Shown here: in pieces, positions 9,059-11,778 of the stretch | Layout: every line of letters starts with the position of its first letter | Position numbering within the stretch: position 1 is the stretch's first letter | DNA from: an uncultured cyanobacterium | GTDB lineage: Bacteria; Cyanobacteriota; Cyanobacteriia; Leptolyngbyales; Leptolyngbyaceae | Length of the DNA: 11,778 nt | Reading direction: 5' to 3' | NCBI GenBank assembly: GCA_963766075.1 | Contig: CAVYAN010000080.1 | Location: 1 to 11,778, forward strand | Position numbers and translations under genes: made by a program | The notes under the pieces: model-generated | What the model was told of the DNA's origin: nothing | Database searches by the model: none | Seen by the model: only the letters and a program-made list of their open reading frames with translations

Positions 9059-9493
9059 AAAGCGTTTGTGAATACTTGTTAAAACAAGAGAAATGAAAGC
9101 GACTTCAACAGAGATAACGGGCTCTGCTTTATCTCAATCCCTACAGATATTTTTTACAATGACTCCGACGCTATTTTTATTACAAATTGTTTAGAATCTA
9201 ATATTTTCGGTTTTTATTTCAAAGGATATTTAAATTAACTTAGTAGGGAAAATTCTCGTAAGTCACTCATATAAAAGTCTAAAATGCTTTGTTTCATAAG
9301 GATTTAGGGATATTCTCTCGTCTATGCATTAGCAACAGCCCCAATCTTTTTCTGCCAACTTTTGTGCTTTTATTTACTAGATTTTCGTATAGGAGTTTTC
9401 AGAAAAATCTTCAGAATTTGTGATCTTATTCCGTCTAAATCCTTCTAATTTCTCAGTGCTCTCTCGGCATTCTTAGAGAGAATATTTGGGGCA

Positions 9494-9540
9494 AATAAAT
9501 AAATGAAAAGTTGAGCGATCAACTACTGCAATCGCTCAAC
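9494..9540 (-). terminator. Intrinsic terminator downstream of the small membrane protein gene
   Basis: Perfect 10-bp stem GTTGAGCGAT/ATCGCTCAAC (9510-9540) followed on the - strand by TTTTCATTTATTTATT. Confidence 0.75.
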
Positions 9541-9612
9541 CAGACACTCAACCAAGAGCTAATAATTATGGAATAGCTATGATACTCAATGGCCCATCAA
9601 TTTTTGAGAGGC

Positions 9613-9915
9613 TTAACTTTTAAGAGAATGCTTAATAGCATTACGGGGTAAGGCGAAACGAAGGCTCCCCCTAGCGTACCCAATGGTCTTGAGTTTTAAA
9701 AAAACTGTACTGGACCGCTCGTAGAAGTATAACGCTATCAGACTGAGTAGCGTCAGGAATAGAATGCCCAGAACAGTGGCGTAAGCATGGATGTGCCACC
9801 ACAAGCGGTACAGCGGTGCGATCGCCCAGCTCATTAGCTTACTTAGTCCAGCTCCTTTTGCTGGCTGAACGGCTTTTGTTTGCTGAACAGCTTGAACTTG
9901 AATTGCGATCGCCAT
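9613..9915 (-). CDS. Hypothetical small membrane protein, 100 aa
   Basis: GGAGGT RBS (9921-9926) 5 nt before ATG, hydrophobic segment AYATVLGILFLTLLSLIALYFY followed by a basic tail, operator-like box upstream and terminator downstream. Confidence 0.75.
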   Translation of the reverse strand: MAIAIQVQAVQQTKAVQPAKGAGLSKLMSWAIAPLYRLWWHIHAYATVLGILFLTLLSLIALYFYERSSTVFLKLKTIGYARGSLRFALPRNAIKHSLKS

Positions 9916-9935
9916 ACTTGACCTCCAAAAATACG

Positions 9936-9962
9936 AAAACCCAATCGGTAATTAGTAGATTA
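9936..9962 (+). promoter_or_regulatory. Putative operator, copy D (AAAACCCAATCGGTAATTAGTAGATTA)
   Basis: Aligns ungapped with copies A, B, C and E; 20 nt upstream of the ATG at 9915, in the divergent region shared with the DUF1003 gene. Confidence 0.65.
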
Positions 9963-10036
9963 AGTGTATGAAGTGGGTTTGCTCCTTGCAAGTCAATCCA
10001 CTACAGAACTTTAGTGTCGTGCAATACCTTGCTGCA

Positions 10037-10095
10037 CTCCCAAGACTGTGCCCTCAAGATTTCCGCTCTCAAGATTGCTGCTCCCAAGATTTCTG
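10037..10095. repeat. Four tandem 14-15-nt repeats with core CYCYCAAGAYT
   Basis: CTCCCAAGACTGTG, CCCTCAAGATTTCCG, CTCTCAAGATTGCTG, CTCCCAAGATTTCTG. Confidence 0.85.
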
Positions 10096-10340
10096 TTGCT
10101 TGGGAAATTGCATGGAGACTGCGCCAATCAACACAGCTCTATCCGGAAGCCCTTTTCTTAAACCGCAGCGTCTACACCGCATCCATTAATCAATTAAATC
10201 TATCGTTTTGACAAAAAAGAACATTTGCTTCTATCGATCACTCTGCTTAGAGTAGAGACATCCTCAATTCAGCAGTTCTAATTCGGCAACGCTCGGTCCA
10301 ATGAAAAGCACTCGATGAATCACCGTTCTCAGGAAAAGCT

Positions 10341-10410
10341 TTGACAAATGTATCAGTCGAATCTATCAACTGACGAATTGACAAATGTATCAACTCACAA
10401 CGTATCAACT
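10341..10410. repeat. Degenerate direct repeats just upstream of the DUF1003 gene
   Basis: TTGACAAATGTATCA at 10341-10355 and 10378-10392; TATCAACT at 10364, 10388 and 10403. Confidence 0.8.
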
Positions 10411-10423
10411 TATACGGTGAACC

Positions 10424-11128
10424 ATGAACCTTAGTCAATCAACACAACAAACTCCTCAACAATCTATGCAAGAACCCTCTCAAGCTGAACAACAACCCAC
10501 AGTAATGCTAAAACAACCGGAAAGAATCCAACTGCAAACGCTGACAGTAAAGCCTCCCACCTTTGGCCAGCGTCTTGCCGATAAGCTCGCCACAAAAGTG
10601 GGTTCTTGGGCTTTTCTGATTGGCCAATCAACCGTTCTAGCGGGATGGGTAGGGTGCAATCTGATGCCTGGAGTTCCCCACTGGGATGAATCGCCATTTA
10701 TTTTGCTGAACCTAGTGTTTTCCTTTGCCTCGGCCTATACGGCTCCGGTCGTGTTGATGAGCCAAAACCGTCAATCCGAGGAAGATCGAGAACATGCTGC
10801 CCACAATTACAGGATTACCTTACAAGCGGCACAAAACATTGAATTGCTCCATGACAAGATGGATGCCCTGTATACGCAAAAGCTTGGAGAATTGAGTGAT
10901 CTCATCAAACAGCAACAAACTACTCCAAACCCTAAACTGGTAGTGCTCCGGGAGTCATTGCTCCATTCAGGCGCAATGGATTCAAAGTTAGCTATTCTTC
11001 GCACACAGCCTGATGAAGGTTTTTTTGTCAATGTAGCTGAAGGCCAATCATTTAAATCTTTGCTCGATCTGAATGGGAAGAAAATCGTGCCATCGGATTC
11101 TGAAATCAATCAATTCTGCAATTTTTAA
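10424..11128 (+). CDS. DUF1003 domain membrane protein, 234 aa
   Basis: TFGQRLAD...VGSWAF...WDESPFILLNLVFSFASAYTAPVVLMSQNRQ is the DUF1003 signature; Q-rich N-terminus and a coiled-coil-like stretch after the domain. Confidence 0.9.
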   Translation: MNLSQSTQQTPQQSMQEPSQAEQQPTVMLKQPERIQLQTLTVKPPTFGQRLADKLATKVGSWAFLIGQSTVLAGWVGCNLMPGVPHWDESPFILLNLVFSFASAYTAPVVLMSQNRQSEEDREHAAHNYRITLQAAQNIELLHDKMDALYTQKLGELSDLIKQQQTTPNPKLVVLRESLLHSGAMDSKLAILRTQPDEGFFVNVAEGQSFKSLLDLNGKKIVPSDSEINQFCNF

Positions 11129-11313
11129 CCGCTTCAATCCACCCGATTTTTCACCACAGAGAATCTCCATTTAGATTCAATCGGGCATTCAATAACGTTT
11201 CAGCCAGGTAGGGGAAATCAGGTAGGGATTGATAGCGATCGCACCTGGCTGCCACGAGGAAAGTCCGGGAGATCCCAGACATATACACCCAGAATTTAGA
11301 GAACTATTACACC

Positions 11314-11778
11314 ATGAACGAACTGATCACGCTAGTTTCCACTGGCTTAACTGCATTCACCGCCACAAATCTGGATGATATTTTGATCCTGATGTTATTT
11401 TTTTCTCAGGTCAATGCTGTTTTTCAGAAAAAGCACATCGTTACCGGACAGTATCTGGGGTTTGCGGCCCTTGTGATGGCCAGTCTACCGGGCTTTTTTG
11501 GCAGTTTGCTATTGCCCCGCCCCTGTATTGGCTTGTTGGGCTTGGTGCCCATCGCCATTGGCATCAGCCGCCTCATGCCTACAAATGCCGAGGCCGAGGC
11601 CGAATCCACCGCAGGAGCCACTCCACCCGCGGGATTCAGTAGCTTAATTTCTCCTCAAGCCTATAGCGTGCAGCAGTCACCTTTGCCAATGGCGGCGACA
11701 ATATTGGCATTTATATGCCGCTATTTGCCCACTGTACCTGGCCAGAGTTGGCCTTGATTGTGGGCGTGTTTTTCTCTC
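11314..11778 (+). CDS. CadD-family (cadmium resistance transporter, LysE superfamily) protein; frameshift near 11670, runs off the right edge
   Basis: FTATNLDDILILMLFF, GQYLGF and LLGLVPIAIG motifs. Adding one G after 11670 restores AYSVAAVTFANGGDNIGIYMPLFA, the second family motif. Confidence 0.88.

Larger units (their letters stand above)
1530..11242. repeat. Dispersed HIP1 octamers (GCGATCGC)
   Basis: At least 15 copies, near 1530, 1997, 2767, 2914, 3318, 4083, 4563, 5266, 6103, 6730, 7061, 7371, 9818, 9905 and 11235; a cyanobacterial hallmark. Confidence 0.95.

Noticed and set aside
6656..10410. Repeat clusters as CRISPR arrays
   Set aside because: Units are 14-16 nt, adjacent with no unique spacers, and no cas genes are present.
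11129..11313. Functional rnpB gene or yybP-ykoY riboswitch
   Set aside because: Only a 14-nt RNase P-like match with no room for the rest; yybP-ykoY consensus elements not seen.

Overview
Cyanobacterial DNA (at least 15 HIP1 GCGATCGC sites) that looks like a sulfur-limitation gene cluster. From left to right: the 5' end of the sulfate-binding protein gene sbpA (- strand, runs off the window, absent from the ORF track), a His/Cys-rich orphan ORF, cysteine synthase cysK, and a - strand operon cpcB-cpcA-cpcC-cpcC followed by a DUF3604-like/PHP-type metallohydrolase gene. After that come a small orphan membrane protein, a DUF1003 membrane protein and a CadD-family transporter. The phycocyanin subunits and rod linkers are almost free of Met and Cys: across 895 residues the only internal ones are the 3 chromophore-binding Cys and 1 Met, as in the sulfur-starvation cpc3 operon of Calothrix/Fremyella PCC 7601. 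A degenerate 27-bp motif recurs five times in intergenic DNA upstream of sbpA, cysK and both orphan ORFs, suggesting a shared sulfur-responsive operator. Two genes (the hydrolase and the CadD-family gene) are each broken by an apparent single-G deletion, most likely assembly errors. Family calls are from motif recognition only; no searches were run.
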